Shown here in pieces: positions 8,722 to 17,173 of a DNA stretch of 37,527 bases. The DNA lies in contig JAKSCH010000050.1 in NCBI GenBank assembly GCA_022360695.1, positions 1-37,527 on the forward strand. Direction: 5' to 3'. The stretch's first letter is position 1; every line of letters begins with the position of its first letter. The stretch comes from Gemmatimonadota bacterium (GTDB lineage: Bacteria > Gemmatimonadota > Gemmatimonadetes > Palauibacterales > Palauibacteraceae). The position numbers and the translations under genes were made by a program. Under the pieces are notes generated by a model. The model worked only from the letters and a program-made list of their open reading frames with translations. It made no database searches and was not told the DNA's origin.

Positions 8722-10485
8722 ATGAACAGGACAAATTTGGTAATACGTGCGCTCGACGAGCTACGGAAGCCGCTCAGGGACGAGCGGGGCGGTGCGATCA
8801 TCATGGCGATTCTCGTCTCGATGGTCGTACTCGGAGCGGGCGCCCTCGCCCTGACCGTGTCGCGAAACGACATGAGGATCACGGCGAATCACAACCGTGG
8901 CGTGCTCGCCAAGTACCATGCGGAATCACAACTCCAGCGCTCGATCGGTCTCCAGAACGATCTGACGCAATCGCCGCGCTGGCTTCGCGATGGCGCGAAC
9001 TACGCGTACCGGGCTACAGGCGTCGGAGACACGTCCCGAACGGTTCCACAAACCGCCAACGCACCGTTCGCGGGTGGAACCGCATCCGATGGGACGGTCG
9101 AGATCCGTGTGATCGACAAGGATCCGGTCACCGAGACGGCGCCGTACACGATCCAGGCGCGGTCACAGCTCGCGGACGGTAGCTCGGCCACGTATCAAGC
9201 CGTGGTGGACGTCCTGAGTCTCTTGGATTTCGCCGTGTTCTCGGATAGCGACATCAACGTCGGTGGAAATATCACCATCTCGGGTCGCATGTACGCCGGC
9301 GATGACATCACGCTATGGGGGACGAACGCGAACTTCCTCCAGCGCGTCGAATACGTGGACCAGCTCAATAATCCGTGGAACGGGACCTTCTTCCAGGGGA
9401 GCGAGCAGGTCGAGCCACTGCCGTCGATCTCCGCGTTGACGAACCTCGACTTCTTCGAGAACGCCTCGAAGAACGCCGGGGTATGTACGTCCGGCATCGG
9501 GATCTACATCGGCGACGACAACCCGGTCGCCGCGGCGCAGACGGCCGCGCTTTTCACCGCCTACGAGGGGAGCAGCCCGGCGAACAGCGCGAGCTGGGGC
9601 GCGAACCAGGCCGCTTGCCGCACCGGCACGCCGTGCTACGCGCTCGACATGACGTTGTTCGACTTCTCGGCCACGCCGATCACGTATGGTGGCAACGTCG
9701 TCGTCGACTTCAGCGGCAACCCGATCACCAACTTCAACGGGGTGATCTGGGCGGATGACGAGATCCACGTCTGGGGGCACCTCGGTGGACGCTCGATCGA
9801 GGAGAACACCGTCACCGACACCGAGGGCTATATCAACCCGCCGTTCGCTTGGCCGAACGTCTACAGCAACAATCGCCTCGACCCGGGTGAGGATGGAAAC
9901 AACGGCGGCATCGTCAACGGGATATTGGACCCGGGCAATCGCGGTGCGAACCTCGGAATCTACACCGATTCTATGATGGTGATCGACCACAACATCTGGG
10001 CGGGGACCGACGTGAACGGCGAGCCCGTCCGAATGGCGTTGGTTGCCCGCCAAAACGTCCGTATCGACGCGTACTCCCCGCTGATCATGGTGGTCGAGGC
10101 CGCGACGCTGTCGGTGACCGCTCGTTGGGATCCGCAAGGATCGCACAGCGACCACCAGCCGAACCACTGGACGAACGTCAACGGCGATCAGCCGCCCAAC
10201 ACGTACCAGTGGGACCTCGACTACGACGGCGTCATCGAGACGAACAACGGGTACGGTTGGGCCGACCGCGACGAGACCGATGTGTACTGGGCTGCGGGTC
10301 TGCTCAACCTGGGGAACCTCGTCTCGGCCACGAACCCCGTCTCCGGGCACTGGGCGAGCATGGGTCACCCGCGATTCTACACGTACGACACGCAGCTCCA
10401 GACGGCCGAGATCCCGTGCTACCCGACGTTGCCCAACTACGGGATCGTACCGGGGTCCTTCACCGAAGTGCTGAACGCCCCGTGA
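8722..10485 (+). CDS. PilX/GspK-like minor pilin with a large C-terminal domain
   Basis: DERG|GAIIMAILVSMVVLGAG (no Glu5, as in PilX) and 'AKYHAESQL', followed by an N/G/D/T-rich extracellular-type domain of roughly 400 aa. Confidence 0.8.
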   Translation: MNRTNLVIRALDELRKPLRDERGGAIIMAILVSMVVLGAGALALTVSRNDMRITANHNRGVLAKYHAESQLQRSIGLQNDLTQSPRWLRDGANYAYRATGVGDTSRTVPQTANAPFAGGTASDGTVEIRVIDKDPVTETAPYTIQARSQLADGSSATYQAVVDVLSLLDFAVFSDSDINVGGNITISGRMYAGDDITLWGTNANFLQRVEYVDQLNNPWNGTFFQGSEQVEPLPSISALTNLDFFENASKNAGVCTSGIGIYIGDDNPVAAAQTAALFTAYEGSSPANSASWGANQAACRTGTPCYALDMTLFDFSATPITYGGNVVVDFSGNPITNFNGVIWADDEIHVWGHLGGRSIEENTVTDTEGYINPPFAWPNVYSNNRLDPGEDGNNGGIVNGILDPGNRGANLGIYTDSMMVIDHNIWAGTDVNGEPVRMALVARQNVRIDAYSPLIMVVEAATLSVTARWDPQGSHSDHQPNHWTNVNGDQPPNTYQWDLDYDGVIETNNGYGWADRDETDVYWAAGLLNLGNLVSATNPVSGHWASMGHPRFYTYDTQLQTAEIPCYPTLPNYGIVPGSFTEVLNAP

Positions 10486-10835
10486 TGGACGCGGACGACG
10501 TCCAGCTCGATCCCGTCGCCGAGACGCCGGTTCGCGATGAGTCGCCCCTTCTGAAAGGGGCGATCATCGCGTCTCTGTTGGCCTTCGTGGCGATCATCTG
10601 GTTCGCGCCCCGCGGAGGCGACGCGAGCCCGCCGCCGGGCTCGCTCGCTGATCCGCACGGAGCACCCGCCGACCCGGCGTCGGATACGGCGTACTCGGGA
10701 TACAGAGGGCCCGGCCCTCGCTTCGCCGAGCCACGGACGCCGCCTCTGAGCCCATACGAGGAAGCCCAGCGGTGGGCGGAAGGTGAGGAGGATGAGACGC
10801 CTCCGACGGACGCCGAGGCGCCGCCGACCCTCTGA
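10485..10835 (+). CDS. Hypothetical single-pass membrane protein with an acidic/Pro-rich tail
   Basis: ATG overlaps the stop of the PilX-like gene (TGATG). TM segment GAIIASLLAFVAIIWFAP. Confidence 0.6.
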   Translation: MDADDVQLDPVAETPVRDESPLLKGAIIASLLAFVAIIWFAPRGGDASPPPGSLADPHGAPADPASDTAYSGYRGPGPRFAEPRTPPLSPYEEAQRWAEGEEDETPPTDAEAPPTL

Positions 10836-10887
10836 TCTCCATACGCCACGCCCTCGTCGTTTGCCTGGCGTCGGCGGGGCGGTGTAT

Positions 10888-11054
10888 CTAGTGGGGTGCA
10901 TCAAACGTCCCTTGCCATTCGAGCGGCGATGCATCCCGCTCGCCGGCGTTGCTCGATCTCGACGTAGCTATGGCTACGCCTTCGTTCTCGCGCCTTGGCG
11001 AGCGGGCGCCTCTCCACTCTCGGTGGTCAAGGGACGTTTGATGTACCACACTAG
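10888..11054. mobile_element. 167-bp MITE-like palindromic element bounded by CTAG
   Basis: 27-bp terminal inverted repeats at 10888-10914 and 11028-11054 (2 mismatches), each ending in CTAG. Inner stem CCCGCTCGCC/GGCGAGCGGG and central hairpin CGTAGC-TATG-GCTACG (10963-10978). No transposase. Confidence 0.75.
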
Positions 11055-11060
11055 GTGGGC

Positions 11061-11495
11061 ATGACCGGGCCCATCCCCGACCTTTCGGGCACCCTGCAGG
11101 AGCGCCTGCCCGTCCTCGAGACGCGGCTCGGTCGACCGGTAGCCGATCGGACGTCGGGCGCGGATCGGTGGATCCTGTACGAGGGGGACGGTTGGTCGCT
11201 GCGGCTACGCGCCCGCGCTTCGCGAGAAGGGGAAGACGCACGCGTCCGCTCGTGGACCGTGACCTTTGACGAGGGGTTCGAAACGCTCTCTCAGGCGTGT
11301 ACCGCGCTCGGTCTTCCCGCCGTCGTGGCGGAAGAGGTGGCCCGAGGGGATCACGCGTCGCTGCGGGCGCCGCTCTCGAGCGACGCCCGTGGGGCCGTCT
11401 GCTCGTTGACCGCCCTACGACGGGACGGACGGGTTCGATCGGTGACGGTCTTCGACGAGGCACCCGACTGGGGGCCCGAGGACACGAGCTCATGA
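11061..11495 (+). CDS. Hypothetical protein translationally coupled to pilS
   Basis: Globular-looking 144-aa ORF whose TGA overlaps the pilS ATG (ATGA). Alternative GTG start at 11055. Confidence 0.6.
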   Translation: MTGPIPDLSGTLQERLPVLETRLGRPVADRTSGADRWILYEGDGWSLRLRARASREGEDARVRSWTVTFDEGFETLSQACTALGLPAVVAEEVARGDHASLRAPLSSDARGAVCSLTALRRDGRVRSVTVFDEAPDWGPEDTSS

Positions 11496-13297
11496 CGTCG
11501 GAAGACCTTCGCGACGGGGGCGCCCGCACAGAGCCGCAGCGGGTTCTCTATTGGATCTACGCGAGCCGACTCACCGTCGCGGCGTCGATCTACGGCGTGG
11601 CGCTGTTCGTCGGCGAGGAGCCGCTGTTGCCAGGCGTGCTTTCGGCCTTCGACGTGCGCCCGCTCGCGCTCACGATGCTCCTCATCATCGTCCTGCTCAC
11701 CGCCCTCTCGTATTGGTGGAGCCATCGCCAACGGGTTCGGGCGTCGCCGCGGTTCTTCTACGCCCAGGCCACGCTCGACGTGTTGCTGGTGAGCGGAATC
11801 ATCGTATTGACGGGTGGAAGCGAGAGCGTCCTCCCACCGCTCCTGTACATCGCGCTCGTCTCGGGCTATGCGCTGATCCTGACCGTGTCGGCGGGGGTGC
11901 TGATCGCCGTGCTCACCGGCGCGTGCTACCTCGGTGTCGTCGCCCTCGCGTACCCGGATCAGTTCGGGCTCGGCGTCCTCCTCCAGACCGGGATCTTCAC
12001 GGTCGTGGCCCTCGTCAGCGGGTTCGTCGGCGGCCGCCTTCGTCAGGTCGACGATCGGTTGAGCAGTCTGGAAGGCGAGCTCCACCGCCTCCGGTTCGGT
12101 ACGTCCGACATCCTGCGGACGATCGAAGCCGCGGTCATCACGGTCGACGAGGAGCAGCGCGTGGTCTATCTGAACCCCGCCGCGGGGAGCCTGTTCGATC
12201 TCAACGCGGACGAGTGGATCGGCAAACCGGTCGACGACGCCTTCGGAGAGCGCGCTCCCGGGATCCTCGACTCGTTGCGAGATACGCTGGAGCTGCGAGA
12301 GCCGGTGCGAGCGCGCGACATCGAAGTCGATTCGCCGGAGCACGGAACGATTCCGTTCTCGGTGTCTTCCGCGCTGCTTCAGCGCGAGGGAGCCCCGACG
12401 CTGGCGACCATCGTGCTCCAGGACCTTCGCATGGCGCGGCAGCTCGAGGAGCTCCATCTCCGAGCCACACGGCTCGGCGTGGTCGCCGAGTTGTCCGCCT
12501 CGCTGGCGCACGAGATCAAGAACCCGCTGGCGTCCATCCGTAGCGCGATCGAGCAGATCGCGGATCCGTCCGCCGATGCCGGAGATCGGCGCACCCTATC
12601 GCAGCTCGTGGTGCGCGAGACCGATCGCTTGTCGCGACTGCTCGGGGAGTTCAACGACTTCGCGCGGGTCGACGTAGCCGAACGCAAACCGATCGATCTC
12701 GACCAGTTGATCCGCGACGCGGTGGCGATGGTGGCACAAAGCCCGGAAGCACGCGACCGCGCGACGTTCGATATCGAGGTGGCTTCCGGGCTTGACGATC
12801 TCTGGGGAGATCCGGACCTTGTCCACAGGACGCTGGCGAACCTGTTGCTCAACGCGGTTCAGGTCAGCGATCCGAACGGAACCGTCACCGTCCGCGTGAT
12901 CGCGGATGCGCTGCGCTCGGGGTACACGCCGGCAGGCATGAGCTCGGGCGTGCCGGTGCGGGTTCGGGTCATCGACGACGGGCCGGGGATCGACCCCGAG
13001 GACGTCGCGCGTGTGTTCGACCCGTTCTATACGCGACGGCAAGGGGGGAGTGGGATGGGGTTGGCGATTGCGCATCGCGCCGTTCAGGCACACGGCGGAG
13101 CTCTGCTGGTGAGCTCGACGCCGGGTCAGGGTGCCACCTTCGCGATGATCCTACCCCGCCGCGAGCCTTCTGCTCGGCAGGCGTTCGACGAGCTGGCCGG
13201 GGACGAGCCTCTATCCGATCGGCTCGGCCTCACGGATTCGGAACGAACTTCGGAGGCATCCGCCACCCTCGACGGGTTCGCGGATCGACTGGGATGA
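11492..13297 (+). CDS. pilS: PilS-like sensor histidine kinase (TM region, PAS, HisKA, HATPase)
   Basis: About 6 TM helices with 'LTGGSESV..LY', a PAS-like segment (YLNPAA), H-box LAHEIKNPL, N-box NLLLNA, DDGPGI, FDPFYT and GSGMGL. It lies next to pilR and pilA. Confidence 0.88.
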   Translation: MTSEDLRDGGARTEPQRVLYWIYASRLTVAASIYGVALFVGEEPLLPGVLSAFDVRPLALTMLLIIVLLTALSYWWSHRQRVRASPRFFYAQATLDVLLVSGIIVLTGGSESVLPPLLYIALVSGYALILTVSAGVLIAVLTGACYLGVVALAYPDQFGLGVLLQTGIFTVVALVSGFVGGRLRQVDDRLSSLEGELHRLRFGTSDILRTIEAAVITVDEEQRVVYLNPAAGSLFDLNADEWIGKPVDDAFGERAPGILDSLRDTLELREPVRARDIEVDSPEHGTIPFSVSSALLQREGAPTLATIVLQDLRMARQLEELHLRATRLGVVAELSASLAHEIKNPLASIRSAIEQIADPSADAGDRRTLSQLVVRETDRLSRLLGEFNDFARVDVAERKPIDLDQLIRDAVAMVAQSPEARDRATFDIEVASGLDDLWGDPDLVHRTLANLLLNAVQVSDPNGTVTVRVIADALRSGYTPAGMSSGVPVRVRVIDDGPGIDPEDVARVFDPFYTRRQGGSGMGLAIAHRAVQAHGGALLVSSTPGQGATFAMILPRREPSARQAFDELAGDEPLSDRLGLTDSERTSEASATLDGFADRLG

Positions 13298-13351
13298 CGA
13301 CAGCCGCGCGCGTCGGCGGACGCGCTGCGCGCTAGGGGGAGGAGTGGATTC

Positions 13352-14719
13352 ATGAGCGACCGGCCCAAAGTCCTGCTCATCGACGACGAGCAGAGCATCA
13401 TCGAAACATTGAGCATTCTCCTCAAGAAAGAGGGATTCGAAGTGCTGTCGGCTCTTTCAGGCACCGAGGGGCTCGAGCGCTTCGGAGAGACGCAGCCCGA
13501 CCTGGTGCTCACCGACGTTCGCATGCCCAAGGTCAGCGGTGTCGATGTGCTGGAAGCGATCCGTGAGCGAGACCCGACGACACCGGTCGTCTTGATGACG
13601 GCGCAGGCCTCGCTGCAATCGGCGATCCAAGCCGTGAACCTCGGCGCGACACACTACGTCCAGAAGCCGTTCTCGAACGACGAGCTCGTCACGATCCTTC
13701 GCCGCTCCCTCGACATCGGGCGGGTCGAGCGAGAGAACGTGAAGCTCAAGAAGGAAATTCGAAAAACACGCTCGCGAGAGATGGTCAGCCCGATCGGCGC
13801 GAGCCCCGAGTTCCGAAAAGCGCTCGAGCTGGCGGAGTCGGTCGCGAGCAGCGACTCGACGATTCTGATCCGCGGCGCGAGCGGATCCGGCAAGGAAGTC
13901 TTCGCTCGCTACATTCACGAGCTTTCCGAGCGTTCCGATCAACACTTCCTCTCGCTCAACTGCGCGGCGCTTCCCGAGGGGCTCCTCGAGTCCGAGCTGT
14001 TCGGTCACGTGAAGGGGTCGTTCACGGGTGCCGTTCGCGACAAGGAAGGCCTGTTCGTCGCGGCGTCGGGCGGCAGCTTCTTCCTGGACGAAGTGGGCGA
14101 GATGGTGCCGTCGACACAGGTGAAGCTTCTGCGCGTCCTCCAGCAGCGCGAGGTGATCCCGGTCGGCTCGACGAAGCCCGTGCAGGTCGACGTGCGACTG
14201 ATCGCCGCGACGAACCGCGACCTCGAGCGCGATATCGAACAAGGACGATTCCGGAGCGACCTCTACTACCGCTTGAACGTGATCTCGGTCGAGCTCCCTC
14301 CGCTTCGCGCACGGCTCGATGATATCCCGTTGCTAGCCGAGCACTTCTTGAAGCGGGAAGCGGAGCGAGTGGGGGAGAAGCCGCGCAAGCTCTCGGACGA
14401 GGTCATCAAGATTCTCCAGGAGTACCAGTGGCCGGGAAACGTCCGCGAGCTCGAGAACGTGATCGAGCGAGCGCTCGTCCTGGGTAACGGACCGACGATT
14501 CGCGAGGACGCGTTGCCGCCTCGGCTGAGGGAACAGCCGGTACAGCCTCTGATCCAGGATGCACCCCCGGCGAACCCGACGTTGGAGGTCATCGAACGCG
14601 CGTATATCGAGCACGTCTTGCGAGCCGAGAACAGCAACAAGAGTCGAGCGGCCGAGGTGCTCGGAATCGATCCGAGCACGCTATATCGCAAGATCAAGAG
14701 GTATCAACTGGACATCTGA
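13352..14719 (+). CDS. pilR: PilR-like NtrC-family sigma54 response regulator
   Basis: Receiver domain (IDDE, DLVLTDVRMP, QKPF), AAA+ domain (GASGSGKE, GSFTGA, FLDEVGE, WPGNVRELEN) and Fis-type HTH. Directly upstream of pilA. Confidence 0.9.
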   Translation: MSDRPKVLLIDDEQSIIETLSILLKKEGFEVLSALSGTEGLERFGETQPDLVLTDVRMPKVSGVDVLEAIRERDPTTPVVLMTAQASLQSAIQAVNLGATHYVQKPFSNDELVTILRRSLDIGRVERENVKLKKEIRKTRSREMVSPIGASPEFRKALELAESVASSDSTILIRGASGSGKEVFARYIHELSERSDQHFLSLNCAALPEGLLESELFGHVKGSFTGAVRDKEGLFVAASGGSFFLDEVGEMVPSTQVKLLRVLQQREVIPVGSTKPVQVDVRLIAATNRDLERDIEQGRFRSDLYYRLNVISVELPPLRARLDDIPLLAEHFLKREAERVGEKPRKLSDEVIKILQEYQWPGNVRELENVIERALVLGNGPTIREDALPPRLREQPVQPLIQDAPPANPTLEVIERAYIEHVLRAENSNKSRAAEVLGIDPSTLYRKIKRYQLDI

Positions 14720-14883
14720 AAGGGCCAGAAGGCCCCGTAACACGGGGCGATTCGGGCCTTGGCAGACGCGAAGTCGGGTCGTGCATCCTGCAAGGTGAGC
14801 GAAAGGCCACCGGGGGCCGGAAGGGCTCCCATCTCCACCCCAATCTCCCGCTTTCAAAGCACTTAACCCTGGACGGTCGGTAA

Positions 14884-14899
14884 GGGCACAGGGCCTGCC
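14884..14899 (+). promoter_or_regulatory. Putative sigma54 promoter of pilA
   Basis: GGGCACAGGGCCTGCC gives GG-N10-GC about 100 bp upstream of the pilA ATG. A TGCATCCTGCA dyad lies near 14782-14792. PilR/sigma54 control of pilA is established in Pseudomonas and Myxococcus. Confidence 0.6.
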
Positions 14900-14997
14900 C
14901 AACCAGCCCCGTGCGTGAGGCGGAGTCCACCAAATCGGCGGCTCCGATGCTCGGAAAGATCGCCCCGGGTATCAACCAATTGTAAAGCGAGGGACAG

Positions 14998-15408
14998 ATG
15001 CGCAACGAGAAAGGTTTCACGCTGATCGAGCTGCTGATTGTCGTCGTGATCATCGGCATTCTTGCCGCGATCGCGATTCCGCAGTTCGCGAGCACGAAGG
15101 AGAAGGCGTTCGACGCCGGCGCGAAGAGCGATCTTCGTAATCTGATGACGGCCGAAGAGGCCTACTTCTCCGATTTCCAGGCCTACACCGCCAGCTCGGT
15201 TTCGGGCGGTGGCACGGCGGACTTGGATGGTGACGGTAACGCGGACTTCCAGGCTAGCCAGAGCATCTCGCTCACGGCGACCGCCTACACGGACGGTTAC
15301 CAGATTACGGCGCAGCACGCGAGCTCCAACAAGATGTGGTGCGTCAACTCGTCGGCTTCCGAGGCGTCGGGTGCCGTCGGTCAAATCGTCCAGGCAACGA
15401 GCTGCTGA
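14998..15408 (+). CDS. pilA: Type IVa major pilin PilA
   Basis: MRNEKG|FTLIELLIVVVIIGILAAIAIPQF, 'KSDLRNLMTAEEAYF' and a C-terminal Cys pair. It has its own putative promoter and terminator. Confidence 0.93.
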   Translation: MRNEKGFTLIELLIVVVIIGILAAIAIPQFASTKEKAFDAGAKSDLRNLMTAEEAYFSDFQAYTASSVSGGGTADLDGDGNADFQASQSISLTATAYTDGYQITAQHASSNKMWCVNSSASEASGAVGQIVQATSC

Positions 15409-15445
15409 GGACACTCGACCGAATAGAACAGCCTGCGAGGGCTGT

Positions 15446-15479
15446 AAAGGGCGCGGCGGAACCGCCGCGCCCTTTTTTT
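15446..15479 (+). terminator. Rho-independent terminator after pilA
   Basis: AAAGGGCGCGGCGG-AA-CCGCCGCGCCC followed by T7. Confidence 0.9.
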
Positions 15480-15542
15480 GTCTCACCGACAGTCGTTTGG
15501 CCGCATAGCCGGGGAACGGTATCGTGCCCGCGAGGAGATCGA

Positions 15543-15574
15543 GGCGGTAGGCGCGACGGGCGGTAGGCGCGACG
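15543..15574 (+). repeat. 16-bp perfect tandem duplication
   Basis: GGCGGTAGGCGCGACG occurs twice in tandem in the leader of the YfhO-like gene. Confidence 0.85.
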
Positions 15575-15604
15575 GATCGTCTCGCTCGGAAGGGGGTTCG
15601 GGAG

Positions 15605-17155
15605 GTGGAGAGGAGCAGGGTCGTCCAGCTCGTCCCGGTCGCGATCCTGATCGCGGTCGGTGCGGGGTATCTTTGGGAGATCGCGTCGCTCACGGGCGTC
15701 CCCATCGCCCGCGACGTGCAGATGTTCTTCGTCCCGCAGAAGCGGCTCCTGTGGGAGGCACTTCAGGCGCGGGAGATCCCCCTGTGGACGCCGTTCATCG
15801 GGACGGGCGCGCCGTTCCTGGCGAACATCCAGTCCGGCTTCTTCTATCCACCTCATTGGTTGTACGCCGTCCTCCCGTTCTACGTCGCCTTCGATCTACT
15901 GATCGTCTTCCACGTCGTGCTCGGCGGTCTGTTTGCGTTCGCCCTGTGCCGACGTCTCGGACGCGGGTTGGCCGGCAGCTACGTGGGCGCAGCCACCTGG
16001 ATGTTGGGAGGGTACTTCGCTTCCCTGCTCAATCTGCTCAACGCCCTGCAAGCAGGTGCGTGGGCCCCCGGGGTCGCGTGGGCGGCGCTCGGGACGATGC
16101 AGTCCGTCGCTACATCGGTCGATACATCGAAGGTGGGCGGACTCGGTTCTCCCCGCGGCTCGATCGCTGTCCTCGCAGGGGTCGTCGCCTGCGCCGCGCT
16201 CGCGGGTGAGCCTCAATCCGTGCTGCTCGCGATGGTCTGCGCGGCGATCACCGTCGTCACCTGGTCGATCCGCGAGCACCCGTCGCGAGGAACGCTTCTG
16301 CGGAGCATGGGAGCATACGGCGTCGCGGCGCTCGTCGTGCTCGGTCTCGTCATGGCGCAGGTTCTCCCGACGCTGGAGTTCCTCTCCGACTCCGGCCGAG
16401 GGAGCGGGCTCTCGCTCGAACGAGCCGCGGCCTTCGATATCAAGCCGGTTCGGCTCCTCTACATGTTCGTCCCGACCGATTTCCGGGACCCCGAGTACGA
16501 GTTCGGGCTGCGGTCGATCATCGGCAGCGGAGACCCCTGGCTGTTTTCCATCTACCTCGGGGCGTTGTTCCCGCTTCTCGCGGCCCTCGCGCTGCGTAGC
16601 GACCGAAAGCGCGAGGCTCGGGTTTGGCTCGCCGCCGCCGCCCTCGCGATCCTCGTCGGGCTCGGTGACTCCACGCCGGTCTTCCCTTGGTTGTTCGAGC
16701 ACGTGCCGGGGCTGTCCGCGTTCCGCTTCCCCGAGAAGTACTTCATGATCGCGGCGTTCGCCGCGATGCTCATCGCCGCGTTCGGGGCCGAAGAGGCGAC
16801 ATCCGCCCGCAGGCATCGTGGGGATCGATGGTGGGCGCTCGCGTACGTCGCCGTCCCGTTGGCCGTCCTGGGTTTCATCAACCTCCGCTACGACGCGGTC
16901 CGAGACTGGGCCCTGGCGTTCGGCAACACCAGGATGGCGGAGGACTACGCGTACGCGTTCGGCCTTTGGAGCCAGAACCTGGCGAAGCTGGCGGGCTTCG
17001 CCGCGCTCGCCGTGGGATTGGTTTGGATCTACCGAAAGGGGAGGATCCAGCGTCACTGGTTCGCCATCCTGCTCGGGGCGCTGGTGTCCGGGGATCTGGC
17101 GATCGCGGGCCGGCATCTCAACCCGGTGGTCGATGTCGAGTTCTACGAGACCTAG
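15605..17155 (+). CDS. YfhO-like protein, N-terminal multi-TM fragment
   Basis: GGAGG RBS and GTG start, many TM helices, 'FRFPEKY' motif. Ends at the internal TAG. Confidence 0.6.
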   Translation: MERSRVVQLVPVAILIAVGAGYLWEIASLTGVPIARDVQMFFVPQKRLLWEALQAREIPLWTPFIGTGAPFLANIQSGFFYPPHWLYAVLPFYVAFDLLIVFHVVLGGLFAFALCRRLGRGLAGSYVGAATWMLGGYFASLLNLLNALQAGAWAPGVAWAALGTMQSVATSVDTSKVGGLGSPRGSIAVLAGVVACAALAGEPQSVLLAMVCAAITVVTWSIREHPSRGTLLRSMGAYGVAALVVLGLVMAQVLPTLEFLSDSGRGSGLSLERAAAFDIKPVRLLYMFVPTDFRDPEYEFGLRSIIGSGDPWLFSIYLGALFPLLAALALRSDRKREARVWLAAAALAILVGLGDSTPVFPWLFEHVPGLSAFRFPEKYFMIAAFAAMLIAAFGAEEATSARRHRGDRWWALAYVAVPLAVLGFINLRYDAVRDWALAFGNTRMAEDYAYAFGLWSQNLAKLAGFAALAVGLVWIYRKGRIQRHWFAILLGALVSGDLAIAGRHLNPVVDVEFYET

Positions 17156-17173
17156 CCCGCCGTCTTTCGGCAC

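Noticed and set aside
14851-14867. IHF site upstream of the pilA promoter (CTTTCAAAGCACTTAAC)
   Set aside because: It is AT-rich and suitably placed but does not match WATCAA-N4-TTR well enough to call.
17153-17155. Genome-wide TAG reassignment or pyrrolysine insertion
   Set aside because: TAG terminates many conserved genes at their expected ends in this window. There are no pyl genes here and only a trivial 4-bp hairpin downstream of the codon.
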